A stretch of DNA of 64,000 nt from Octopus vulgaris (lineage: Eukaryota): the NCBI GenBank assembly GCA_951406725.2, contig OX597820.1, positions 38,502,001 to 38,566,000 on the forward strand, read 5' to 3'. The position numbers were made by a program, and so were the translations under genes. Positions 26,311 through 37,714 of the stretch are shown here, in pieces (position 1 is the first letter of the stretch; each line of letters starts with the position of its first letter). Below the pieces are notes generated by a model. That model saw only the letters and a list, made by a program, of their open reading frames with translations, made no database searches and was not told the origin of the DNA.

Positions 26311-27060
26311 TAAGTAAAAAAACAGAGTTGAACGCAGATGTTATTCAAATTCTTTTACTTTCGACATATGTTTCCAAGACTACATTGGTTTTATTCCAAA
26401 GGAATAAACGGTGTAAAATAACACACTTATAGAGTGATCTTACAAATGTAAGCACTGGCAGAAACACACCTTTAGCTCATGCAAGTGATTTATACCAGCC
26501 TGTATAGTTTGAACATTTAATTCACCTGGAACTTTACTTCAATAGAGAAATCTACCTCCAAGCCTTTAAACAGTTTTTCAACCAACATATCCCTCTATAT
26601 TTCTCCTTTATTTGTTCTCTACTTATTATTCCTTTACTCCTTCTCTTTCTATGGTCTACCTTGGACGTCAGATCTACTAACGGCTACTTTTTAAAAAAAC
26701 TTAATAGCGTTCTGTTTATCAAATATGCAGTCATCAAAATTGTTATAATGTCTTGTTGAGATGGGTTCTCTTTCTTTTCTGATGAGTAGATTACATTATT
26801 TTACACAGTTTATTCCTTTGGAATAAAATCAGTGCTGTCTTCGAAACATATGTCGAAAGTAAAAGAATTTGACGAACATCTACGTTCAACTCCATTTATT
26901 TACTTATACTAAACAAATTACTGGACATTAACCCGGAGTTTCTACCTTTGAATAGGTCGCTACATCCTTGTTCCTTGCGTGAATTTTGCTACCCTGGTAA
27001 CCGTTTATTGAATTTTCCGTGTTAATTATAAATAAAGTATAATTCATTCATCCATTTATA
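26311..27060 (+). mobile_element. Severely 5'-truncated PLE: inverted pLTR piece + last codons of the ORF + pLTR
   Basis: 26311-26421 is the reverse complement of 26796-26906. YKCKHWQKHTFSSCK* at ~26441-26488 parallels the RCPHWRRYTYLAFK* end of the 27942 ORF. 26930-27025 matches 54120-54220 in reverse. Confidence 0.8.
26772..26861 (+). ncRNA. Type I hammerhead ribozyme motif
   Basis: CTTTT CTGATGA GTAGAT...GTCTTC GAAAC ATAT GTC GAAAG: canonical core, palindromic stem III loop, stem I pairs. Confidence 0.8.
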
Positions 27061-27142
27061 TATATAATAATAATATTAGGGCGTATATTCAAAATTACCG
27101 GGAAAAATTAGATTTAAGATTAAATCAAATTTCACAGTATAA

Positions 27143-27871
27143 ATATAAATTAAATTAGAGATAAAACCACTATAAGCAAATCAAACAGTGAAAGACATAA
27201 ACCAAAACATGAAAATAAATATAATTAAGATAATATACAAAATAAATAAAATATAAAATTTAAAAATTTAAATTATTTAAATTTAAAACTTAAAATTTAT
27301 ATTAATAAATTTTTATATTTTTATATTTTTTAAATTTTAAATTGGTAAATTTTTAAACTTCTGATTTTTTAAATTTTTTAATTAATTTTTTTTATTCATA
27401 TATACTATCAAAACGTATTAAAAAGTTTAATATAATATAATAAGTAAAACCACTACGTAGTGGTTTACTTGTTATATTATATTAAACTTTTTAATACGGT
27501 TTGATAATATATCCTTAAAATCCTTTAAAATGTTTTAGCCCGAAGGCCGCGGCCATGCTGGGGCAAGTGGTTTTACTTATTATATTATATTAAACTTTTT
27601 AATACTTTTTGATAGTATATATAAAAAAAATAATAAAAAAATAAAAAAATAAAAAAATTAAATGTTGAAAATTTATAAAATTAAAATTTAAAAAATATAA
27701 AAATATAAAAATTTATAAATATAAATTTTAAATTTAAAATTTAAATAATTTAAATTTTAAATTGTATATTAAAATTTTAATTGTATATTATATTAATTTT
27801 ATTTATTTTTATGTTTTGGTTTATGTCTTTCACTGTTTGATTTGCCTAATAGTGGTTTTATCTCTAATTTA

Positions 27872-27879
<8 letters not shown>
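27143..27879. repeat. Nested AT-rich fold-back
   Basis: Left arm 27143-27454 pairs with 27566-27879 and, at its inner end, also with 27459-27512. GC-rich filler at 27531-27565. Confidence 0.85.
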
Positions 27880-27902
<23 letters not shown>

Positions 27903-27941
27903 ACATTATTGGTGAATTGAAGAAATGGAGCTGAACGCAGA

Positions 27942-30512
27942 TTGAACAGAAATCGTTTTATTTCATTCTACACGTGTTTCGAAAGGCACAAATTACCAAA
28001 ATCCGATGGAATAATGGGACCATATTGTGTCTTTCTCTTCAGGAAGAAAATAGGAAATCCGTTGGAAAAACAAAAACAGAACAGAGGCGGAGCAAAAACG
28101 AAGTCACCCAGGAGAAATGCCCACCTCAGATACCTAGATAAAATTACCAAGGACATTAATAGAACGGACGGAGTCCTGGTCCAGTCCGACAAGACCAGGA
28201 ACACATACAAGATGCCCATTAAGCAGTACCTAGATTTACTCGGTAAAGAGATCAAGAAAAATTATAGAAAAACCAATTGGAGTACCCTGAGGAAGGTAAA
28301 CTTGGAAATTAAGGAAATAATATTTAAACACCGAATTCAAATGAGAACTCAGCCGCTTAGCCCTAAGCAACCCAGATTTATAGTGAAGGACCATAAACCG
28401 AACTTCCACACCAACCCAGCGCTAAGACTCATATGCCCTGCTAGATCTGATATCGGGATAATCAGTAAGTACATTTTAGATAAATATATCCCTAGTTTAG
28501 TAAACAAGCTGAAGCTCAGCCTCTGGGCCAACTCCTCGCAGGTAGTGAAGTGGTTCTCTTCCATCCCCAATAAGAACCGTACTAGGTTCATTCAGTTTGA
28601 TATCGCCAGCTTCTACCCCTCGATTAACCCTAGTGTGCTAAATAAGGCCCTCTGGCATGCTCACAACAAGGCTGGCCTCACCAGAGAAGAGATAGATATC
28701 ATTTTAGTAGCCAGGAAATCGTTTATTAAGTTTGATAATAAGTTGTGGATCCGTAAAGATACTCCCAATGAATTTGATGTGCCTATGGGTAGTTCGGATA
28801 GTGCGCAGATAGCCGATTTGGTCGGAATATATATTCTCTACGAATTGTCCGACCAATTCCCGGAGATCGCGGGCGGCCTGTATCGTGACGATTGTCTGTT
28901 TTACCTGCAAAACACCACGAACAGAATAGTGCAGAAAACTAAGAGCAGGTTAGCTAGGTTTTTTAATAGAATGGGCATGAGTATAGTTTTTGATAATGAA
29001 CTCACCAAGGCCAATTTCCTAGACGTTACACTTAACCTTAATAGCGACTCATACTGCCCTTACCATAAGCCTTCCACTAATTTGAAGTATGTCAGTGTCT
29101 TCTCAAATCATGCCAAAACCGTAACAGACAATTTGGTTAAAAACATCTCTCTAAGATTGTCTGGCTTGTCCGCCAGTGCCGATATTTTTATGCAGAAAGC
29201 GGAATTTTATAACGCCGCACTATCCAAGGCCGGTTATAGGCAGAAGGTAATTTATATTGATCCGGCCCTTCCGATGCCATCATTCGGTCATCAGGATAGG
29301 GCCGTATATAATAACATTAACATTTTAAGTAAGGACGGGAGCGCGGTGGATGCCGGGGTAGTCGCTCCCGCATTTAATTTAGCGAACAAGGATAATTATC
29401 GGTCCGGGAAGTCTTACACTAACCCAAGACCCGTCATTCATCCGATAATCACCCACCCGAATGCGAGAGCTGGCGTCCCGATCCATCACACTGATAGGAA
29501 TAAGCATATATGGTTTGTAATCCCCTTTGGTAAGCAGATTAGAACTAACCTCCCCCTCATGTTTAGACAAGCCATCGCCAATAACTTCCCCAGAAATTCC
29601 AAATATTACTCCACGGTTAACTCGCATAAAGTTAGGATAGCTTTCTCCAACACTAAAAACCTCGCCCAGATAATCGCCTCCCATAATAATAGGCTACTTA
29701 CTAAGACCCTATCACCTTTTTCCGGAGGCACAGCCTCTTCCGCTCCCGGTTTAATGCTCAGTAGGAATAATTATAGTAGTAATAATGATATGAGAGCCAG
29801 TACAGTGACACATAATCTCAGCTCCAGCCAGGGAGTACCCACTAGGGGTATAGTTATAAATAGGGGTGTTGTGGTTGACGGTAACAATGGGAGTAGGGTA
29901 GAGAGCCCCAATAGCATCCCCAGCATCATTTCCCGCAATAGCAGCACCACGGGCAGTAGCAATGACAGCACTTTGATAGATAGTGGAGAATCAGGGGTTA
30001 TTCCTATAGTTAATAGTGACGTAGTGGAAAATAGAGTAGTAAGCGGCTGCAGGTCTCGGAACGAATATAGTGACAGGAACGCAGTTCTAATTTCAGAAAC
30101 TAATCCTAGCAGAATTAGATTCACGTCGGCGAACTCCAAGATCAAAAACGCCGTCTACCAATGCAAGGTTTACACGGACTCAGATGTCTTCACTTATGTA
30201 GGGGCCTCATCCTCAAGATTGTCTTTGCGTGTCTCCAACCATTACGCAACTTTTCGGGACATGAACAAGCGCCAGACCACGGGACTCAGTAAGCTAATAT
30301 GGCGACTGAAGGATACGAACTTAAGCTACAGGCTGGAATGGTCAATTTTGTCGGTGGCCCTCCCATTTGATAGGGGCAGAAGGCAGTGCAACCTTTGTGT
30401 CTCCGAACTCTTCCATATTTTGTTTGCCAGAGGCCGGATGGTAAACGGGCTTTTACAGTCGGCTTTTCGATGCCCCCATTGGCGGCGTTACACTTATCTG
30501 GCTTTTAAATAG
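27942..30512 (+). CDS. PLE reverse transcriptase - GIY-YIG endonuclease (first ~53 codons come from the antisense pLTR; true ORF is 5'-truncated at ~28100)
   Basis: SDKT, KDHKPNF...RLICP, QFDIASFYPSI, FDVPMGSSDSAQIADLVG, GLYRDD, NFLDVTLNL, YHKP..LKYV...SNH; AVYQCKV...YVGAS....RVSNH; C-terminal CNLC..E...CPH. No internal stops. Confidence 0.92.
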   Translation: MNRNRFISFYTCFERHKLPKSDGIMGPYCVFLFRKKIGNPLEKQKQNRGGAKTKSPRRNAHLRYLDKITKDINRTDGVLVQSDKTRNTYKMPIKQYLDLLGKEIKKNYRKTNWSTLRKVNLEIKEIIFKHRIQMRTQPLSPKQPRFIVKDHKPNFHTNPALRLICPARSDIGIISKYILDKYIPSLVNKLKLSLWANSSQVVKWFSSIPNKNRTRFIQFDIASFYPSINPSVLNKALWHAHNKAGLTREEIDIILVARKSFIKFDNKLWIRKDTPNEFDVPMGSSDSAQIADLVGIYILYELSDQFPEIAGGLYRDDCLFYLQNTTNRIVQKTKSRLARFFNRMGMSIVFDNELTKANFLDVTLNLNSDSYCPYHKPSTNLKYVSVFSNHAKTVTDNLVKNISLRLSGLSASADIFMQKAEFYNAALSKAGYRQKVIYIDPALPMPSFGHQDRAVYNNINILSKDGSAVDAGVVAPAFNLANKDNYRSGKSYTNPRPVIHPIITHPNARAGVPIHHTDRNKHIWFVIPFGKQIRTNLPLMFRQAIANNFPRNSKYYSTVNSHKVRIAFSNTKNLAQIIASHNNRLLTKTLSPFSGGTASSAPGLMLSRNNYSSNNDMRASTVTHNLSSSQGVPTRGIVINRGVVVDGNNGSRVESPNSIPSIISRNSSTTGSSNDSTLIDSGESGVIPIVNSDVVENRVVSGCRSRNEYSDRNAVLISETNPSRIRFTSANSKIKNAVYQCKVYTDSDVFTYVGASSSRLSLRVSNHYATFRDMNKRQTTGLSKLIWRLKDTNLSYRLEWSILSVALPFDRGRRQCNLCVSELFHILFARGRMVNGLLQSAFRCPHWRRYTYLAFK
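27961..28050 (-). ncRNA. Type I hammerhead motif (inverted pLTR copy)
   Basis: Reverse complement of 31101-31190. Confidence 0.78.
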
Positions 30513-31100
30513 CGTTTATAAATAATACCGGCACCCATAGCCCTTGGTAACAAATTCTGAAATAGCCTTTAAGATATCTACGATTAACCACTGCAAGGGG
30601 AATTACTCCTGTAAGATAAACGGGGCTTGGTTTTTTCACAGCGGGGGGTTCCCTTGACAAGGCAGGCTTAGATGAGAACACACACACACATAAAACATGA
30701 TATATATATTTTTTTCTGCCACCCAACGGTCATCACGGCAGTAGCCACTGACAGCCGAACGATCAAACGCACACACGTACACAAAAAATGTTTTCTACCC
30801 CTACGCCAACACACACGTATATAGAACAGTATACACACACACACGTCTCTAAGTAGATTTTTTCTCGCCCCTTATAAAACATCCAATATTCCTTAAATAG
30901 TTAGAACTTTATTCTCGGTCACAAAGAACATCTACGCCCCCTCACCCACATGATTGACCGATGCCTGACCCGTTGAATTCTTCAGCCACCGGTTCTCAAC
31001 ATACACTGATAAACAGTTTCGCCATGGGCTCTTAGGAGCATAGTTCGATTTGTTTTTGCTCCGCCTCTGTTCTGTTTTTGTTTTTCCAACGGATTTCCTA

Positions 31101-31190
31101 TTTTCTTCCTGAAGAGAAAGACACAATATGGTCCCATTATTCCATCGGATTTTGGTAATTTGTGCCTTTCGAAACACGTGTAGAATGAAA
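31101..31190 (+). ncRNA. Type I hammerhead ribozyme motif in the pLTR
   Basis: TTTCTTC CTGAAGA GAAAGACACAA...TTGTGCCTTTC GAAAC ACGT GTA GAATGAAA: canonical core, 10/11-bp helix II base, palindromic stem III loop. Confidence 0.82.
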
Positions 31191-31396
31191 TAAAACGATT
31201 TCTGTTCAATCTGCGTTCAGCTCCATTTCTTCAATTCACCAATAATGTTCTAATTTCAATTATCCGCACCAACGCACGGTTGCAACACCATATGGTTGTA
31301 CCTCCAACCGTGCTGTTTTACTGCTGTGATTTTTGCTACTAAGGTATCGGTTAAACTTTTGATTAATCTACTACAAGATTATTCATCTTTCTATTT

Positions 31397-31466
<70 letters not shown>

Positions 31467-31487
31467 TATATACATATATATATATAC

Positions 31488-31561
<74 letters not shown>

Positions 31562-31571
31562 TCATATATCA

Positions 31572-31790
31572 AGGCGGCGAGCTGTCAGAACCGCTAGCTC
31601 ACCGGATAAAATGATTAGCGGTGTAGGTCCATCTTTAGTTTCTGATTTCAATTTCCGCGGAGGTTGACTTTGCCTTACCATTCAACCTTTCGTGTTCGAT
31701 AAAATAAGTTCCAGTTTAACACTTGGGTCTATGGAATCGAGTTACTCCAACCCCGCAATTGCTGGCCTTGTGCCAAAATTTGAAACCAGT
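31572..31790 (+). mobile_element. tRNA-derived SINE, family 1
   Basis: AGGCGGCGAGCTGTCAGAA head, GTTGACTTTGCCTT core and GGCCTTGTGCCAAAATTTGAAACC tail. Confidence 0.8.
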
Positions 31791-32752
31791 ATATATTTAG
31801 TTACCTTTTAGTTATTTTGGTTACCGCTTTTGTTACCTCATAATTTGTCTTCAGCAAATTATGAGTGGTGATTCTTGCACATCCTAATGGATTCTGCGAT
31901 CGAATGCAAACCATGTGACAGTGAAGCGAAATTCCTAGTCAAACAGCTAGTATTGTACCCAACGATAAGCAGATAATGGTAAAATAAAGCATAAATGCAC
32001 TAATAAAGCACTGAAAAGCACGGTACAGCAATTTACACATTTTATGAAATAGTTTCCCTATAATCTATGGAAGACGCATTTATATCAGCAACATGGCTAA
32101 TGCAGTATTTATACTACACAATACACTCCTAATACTGTACAAACAATTTCACAAGTAATAATTCCATCAACAACAAGAAATAGCAAAACAAACCCTAATT
32201 TATGAAAAGCAGATCGTTGCGTCTCTGTGCTGGCTTTTAGTAACAATATGTAGCCTGTTAGAAATCAATAAAAATAATAGCAGTTGGACGGACAATCACA
32301 TCGCTTTCACTGTGTTGTCAAAGCATGTTGTATAATAACATGACCCTGATATTTTAAGACATCACATGTTCGATATTATTCTATCGCCAATTATTTGAAG
32401 CAACTCGTACTGAATGCAGGATATTCATTCCCTCTTGTTGTAAATGCTGTTTTGCCTGCCGCCATTGATGGAGTCCCTTTAGTTTAGATGGAACACTTTC
32501 AGATAATGCAGTTGATTTGTATTACATTGGCGGTATAAAAGTTACGTGCTTTAATCCTTCGTTTCATAATTAAGTGCTTCCATGATGAATTGCATGGTGC
32601 AATATTTTGGATTTCGGACAATTCTTTTCTATATCAACCTAAAGTTGAACAATATATTTTTAAGTAAAATTTGTTAGACAGAATCCAGTACATATACATA
32701 CATACATACATACATACATACATACATACATACATACATACATACAAATATA

Positions 32753-32793
<41 letters not shown>

Positions 32794-32919
32794 CTATGTA
32801 TATATATATATATATGTATATATATATAAATAAACATAGATATATACATATATATATATATACATATACATATATATATACATATATATATATATACATA
32901 TACATATATATACATATAC

Positions 32920-32952
<33 letters not shown>

Positions 32953-32982
32953 CACATATGTATATATATATATATTATATAT

Positions 32983-33679
32983 ATAATTAATTAATAAGGG
33001 TGAGAGAATTAGATACTAATTTAATAGTATATCTATTCTACACCAAGTGGCCTAGTGCTCCGAGAAACCTGGATTATTATAATATTTTATAATATATTAT
33101 AATATTTTTACAAAATAAATATAAGAGAGTGATCACTATATGGCTCACTCTAGCACCAGTTAATCCAAAAGGTTTCAACCACAAAAATACATGTTTCCCA
33201 TGAAAGTCAGTACGATTGTTAGCTCACACGGACAGGGCAAATAAAAAATAACAAAATACAGATTATTTTGGGACAATTGTTTCGCTATTAATGAATTAAA
33301 TGTAATTTTACTTACAATAAAATCCACTTGTAGCTCTTCAGCCAAAACTATCTGGATGAAATCCACTCAATCACACGCCAGATTTTACCATAACGATAAA
33401 TACGCGTGTGGTTCAATTGATTACATCCGACGTTATAATTCAAATGCCCCAACTAACAGCGCGCCAAATTTTCACGGAAAACAAATACAGCATTTAGAAA
33501 TAAATGCAGCATAATTATAATTAATTAATAAGGGTGAGAGAATTAGATACTAATTTAATAGTATATCTATTCTACACCAAGTGGCCTACATGGGAAACAT
33601 GTATTTTTGTGGTTGAAACCTTTTGGATTAACTGGTGCTAGAGTGAGCCATATAGTGATCACTCTCTTATATTTATTTT
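32983..33679 (-). mobile_element. ORF-less hammerhead-containing module (retrozyme-like / pLTR-only)
   Basis: 72-bp direct repeat 32983-33054 / 33517-33588 (period 534); 91-bp inverted repeat 33112-33202 / 33589-33679; internal hammerhead; (TA)n-type tracts on both sides. Confidence 0.8.
33266..33347 (-). ncRNA. Type I hammerhead ribozyme motif, canonical
   Basis: Minus strand: TTTTGG CTGAAGA GCTA-(43 nt)-TAGC GAAAC AATT GTC CCAAAA. All core bases are intact and stem I is 6 bp. Confidence 0.88.
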
Positions 33680-33706
33680 ATATTATATATATACATATAC
33701 ATATAC

Positions 33707-33781
<75 letters not shown>

Positions 33782-33789
33782 AATCCGGC

Positions 33790-34120
33790 AACGCGGTATA
33801 GTCTTGCTCAGGAGCCCAACTTAACGGTTAGAGTATTCGGCTCCTGATCCTAAAATTGGTGTGTGTGATACCGGCGGCGCGTAGTGTCTTTGAGTAAGAC
33901 ACCTTATTTCACGTTGCTCCATTCCACTCGCCTGCCGAATATGATTTATACTGTAACTGAAAGGCCTAACCGCGTAACATTCTTTGTCATTTCGAATCTC
34001 CCCAAGAAATACGTCAAGGCTATTCCTGTCTGCTGAGTACTCAATACACTTACATGTTAATTTCACGAGCAGCTATTCCGTTAATCTGGTCAACTTGAAC
34101 TTCCGTCGCCGTGACCGCCG
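33790..34120 (+). mobile_element. Decayed SINE
   Basis: GTGTCTTTGAGTAAGACACCTTATTTCACGTTGCTCCATTCCACTC core. Tail CACTTACATGTTAATTTCACGAGCAG is shared with 63176-63205. Confidence 0.65.
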
Positions 34121-36660
34121 GAATAATATACAAACAAGGCACAATTCTATTTTAAGCGATTTTCAGTAAAATGTCCATTATTATTATGCAAAACTTCATT
34201 CAGTAAAATGACCGTCATTCTCATGCAAATCATTAAACATCGACACCTCCTCAATCTGCACAGCGCAAAATATCATTATTATAGGGAAAAGTGTGTGACG
34301 GTCTAGGATTAGTGACATGGTTTTGATAGAATATAGACAGATGAAAGACGATGTAATGGAGGGCAGTAGACAAGGCCCCTCTTTTCATATTCTAGCAGCT
34401 ATACATATATACTCGCAAGCGAACGTAGTTGTGAAGACAGAAGGAAAAAATATAACATCGCACGACGTAGGCTCGATGATGAGAACAGCCTTTACAATAA
34501 TAACATTAAACGAACATACAATACAATCGGGCACCCATAGTCATGCATACACAGCTCAGGGATAATTTTCAAATGTGAGAGTTGAGAAATCTATTCATAC
34601 ACAAATACCCAACCAACGATCATACCGATCTGCCAACAGACGTCCTAAGTTACTCTCATATACCTACGGGCGCAATATATTCGGTTTCTGTAAGACTTTG
34701 GCGTGCTCATATATTTGTATTTGAATACGCAATATTACATTATCTAAATTCTTTGGAGCCTGCACGTTTGTAGGTATACCCTGTCCATGGCCATATCTTA
34801 CACACCTTGTATTTCGCACTACGGGTAACATTATATATGTCCAAAATCATTACTCAAGGTTTCGTATATCTTTGCTCACACAATGTTCAGTGGAACAAAG
34901 TGTGGACAACAGGGTAAAAATAAAAATGTATTCGTACATAGGGTGTGACTAATCAATATTCTTGTTGATAATCCCTTCAGAACAGCGTAGCTTTGGCCAT
35001 TGTGTTAATTTCGATGTCAGCTGCATTTTAGCACTTCTCATTCATGCTAAGGTTGTTTCCGATCCTGTAATTGAGGAATTTTCAACTTTTATGGTATGTC
35101 CATCATTTCAGTGATTCGTCTCCCGTGCTCCATAGTCTTATCATAAAATTATTGATGTATTCATGCAAGTATATTCATGCAGTGTATACCTAAGGCATAA
35201 TCCTCATTTGCTTTCAAGTTACATCAATGGAGTTCGGACTTGGGGTCGTCAGAAATCGGCACAATGCCGAACATCGTTGGTGTAATCTGTCATGTCGTAT
35301 TGGGTTCTTCTCATATCGTTGGTGTTTGCGATACGAGCCCGGAAAGGCGTATTACGTATAATATAGAGAAACATATTTCCGTTTTACACGATAATTCATA
35401 ATTTAGGTACCTGTAAAGTGATAACATTGCTATTTGTAGAATTAATGCCACTGAAATTATCAGAAGAATTGACACAGTTTTGTTATCATCAGAACTAATT
35501 CACATTACCGCATTATCAGCTGAATCCATACACTTGCGTTGGCTGTAATTTCAGCCGAGATATTTTAATATACCATTAGGTGCATATATGAGAAGTAATT
35601 TTGTTTTCTAGTATAGCTCTCCTTCCTCCTTCTTCTCAAGCATTATTGAAAATAGCTATAATCAAAGCAGCGATAACTGTGAGCATCTCGACTTTTAAAA
35701 ATGTACATTACGTATATCTAGGGCTAAATTATACTATATATACAAGCTTCCTTTTATTAATATGTCAACAGAAGAAAGTATGCTGCGAAGAATATTACAC
35801 TTATGTTTATTCTTTACTCTAGAATAAAGGTATGCGTATGTGTAACATCTAATACGGACATATTGCATGTTTCGTTTCTTAAGATGTGTCTTGCTTTAGT
35901 TGACCTTCCTTATAGGAATATTTATACATAAGTTTTATTATTTATCTTCGAATAAGATATAGTAGCACAGGAGCGTGAAGTAGAGTTTCCGCCTCCTACC
36001 CTGTCAGTATGTGTGTGTATGTATGTGCGTGTGTCTGTGTGTACGTATATGCATATAGATGTAATGTGCATATTTATTTGCATTTATAGATTACATATTG
36101 AAGAGAATGGAAATATGGGACTTCTTTCTAGAAGCAACTATTATGGATTACTGCAAAGGATTTTACCACGGATTTATATTATTTTTTCAAAATTTTTACC
36201 AATGCACATCTATAGCAGTAATGTTTTTAAACAACCACTTTGTCATATATTTTTAAATAGCATCTCTCTCATTCGATTGAGTACACGGAAATTCATCCTT
36301 TTCTCTGACGAGTGGGTGTATTACCTAATAATAATTATCAATTTTGGGTTTCATTTCGAAGGGTAATACGTCCATGAAAGGATCGTAAGATATCTCAAAC
36401 ATTTTAAATAATCATACTTTATATATTTATTTATTAATACACTATTAATTATATTATGGACGTTTATCTTCTGTGATTTTTTTAACGTAATTTTTCTTGC
36501 TCTTACGTTATAATATATAATCGCTCTTATTAAATCTCTAAATACCATTACGGTTTTAGACATTTCCGTACCAAGAGCACTTATTCGAAAAGTTCAGTAT
36601 ACTGTATTGTCATTTTATATATTGGATTAACTACACACACACACACATATATATATATAT

Positions 36661-36860
36661 AGGCGTAGGAGTGGTTGTGTGGTAAGTAGCTATAGGCGTA
36701 TGAGTTGCAGTGTGGTAAGTAGCTTGCTTATGAACCACATGGTTCCGGGTTCAGTCCCACTGCGTAGAACCTCGGGCAAGCGTCTTCTACTATAGCTCCG
36801 GGCCGACCAAAGCCTTGTGAGTGGATTTAGTAGACGGAAACTGAAAGACGCCCGTCGTAT
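36661..36860 (+). mobile_element. tRNA-derived SINE, family 3, with duplicated 5' end
   Basis: AGGCGTAGGAGTGGTTGTGTGGTAAGTAGCT occurs twice, followed by GGTTCAGTCCC B-box-like motif and ...GACGGAAACTGAAAGACGCCCGTCGTAT tail. Confidence 0.85.
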
Positions 36861-37661
36861 ATATGTGTATATATATATATAAGTATAAAATGCTAAAATA
36901 ATTTTATCATGAAGAACATTTTAGTACCGGTTTCCGTCTTGTCTTCTTCTTCTTCTTCTTCGTAACCGTTATCCATGTTTTAGATGTGAATACTAGTATG
37001 ATATAAAAGTAACCGTCCCTTAGGCAATTACATCATAAACACTGAAATGCTAGGTCTTCAGATGAAATTATTAATTCAATTTTCTATTATTTACAAATAC
37101 CAATTGGTTGACGTTATATGATAGGACTGTATACAAGCTTACGAGAAAATTCTTTAAAAAGTAGATAAGAAAAACACTATTATTTTTACTTTATCAGTGA
37201 AATAGAGATATTTGCCCGAAGAAAAGGAAAGTCTAACATTCTAATTTGCTATAGATCATAAAAGATTCTAAGTTGACATTGATAAATAGTTTAGTGGGCA
37301 GTAGTAGTGAGAGCAGGTTGCAAATTGCTTAGCAAAAAGCAGTCGTAAATACTTACACCCTCATTCACGCTCACTTACACTTTCACTCGCCCATCTACAT
37401 AAACAAAACGCTTTTTATTTATGCACACTTTCTCAGAAAAGTATACATACTTAAGTCTAAGTATAAACATTTAACCGTCTACCAAAGGTAAGGTAAATTC
37501 AAATACGCGCCTGCATGCATATACACAGTTCATATCTACCTCAGTATATCTGGGAAGTGACAGATAGGCGCCCTACTCGAAAGAAACTGCGAATTGGGTC
37601 TGTTATTAATTCTGGTTTGATTATTAATTCATGTACTTGGACATGAGTTATATCCTTGCTC

Positions 37662-37710
<49 letters not shown>

Positions 37711-37714
<4 letters not shown>

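Larger units (their letters stand above)
27902..31398 (+). mobile_element. Young Penelope-like retroelement (Naiad-like), 5'-truncated with inverted pLTR
   Basis: Open RT + GIY-YIG ORF; 198-bp inverted repeat 27902-28099 / 31052-31249; hammerhead in the pLTR; (TA)n on both sides. Confidence 0.93.

Noticed and set aside
30982-31209. 75-aa minus-strand ORF identical to the N-terminus of the 856-aa ORF
   Set aside because: A consequence of the inverted pLTR duplication, not an independent gene.
33185-33215. Second hammerhead candidate CTGACTT...GGAAAC AT GTA
   Set aside because: The core is non-canonical and stem I does not pair; the convincing motif is at 33266-33347.
34600-35400. Possible mariner remnant (TGDES on the minus strand); similar trace at 53146-53830 (IVSGDEK)
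   Set aside because: Single short motifs with no confirmable TIR pair.
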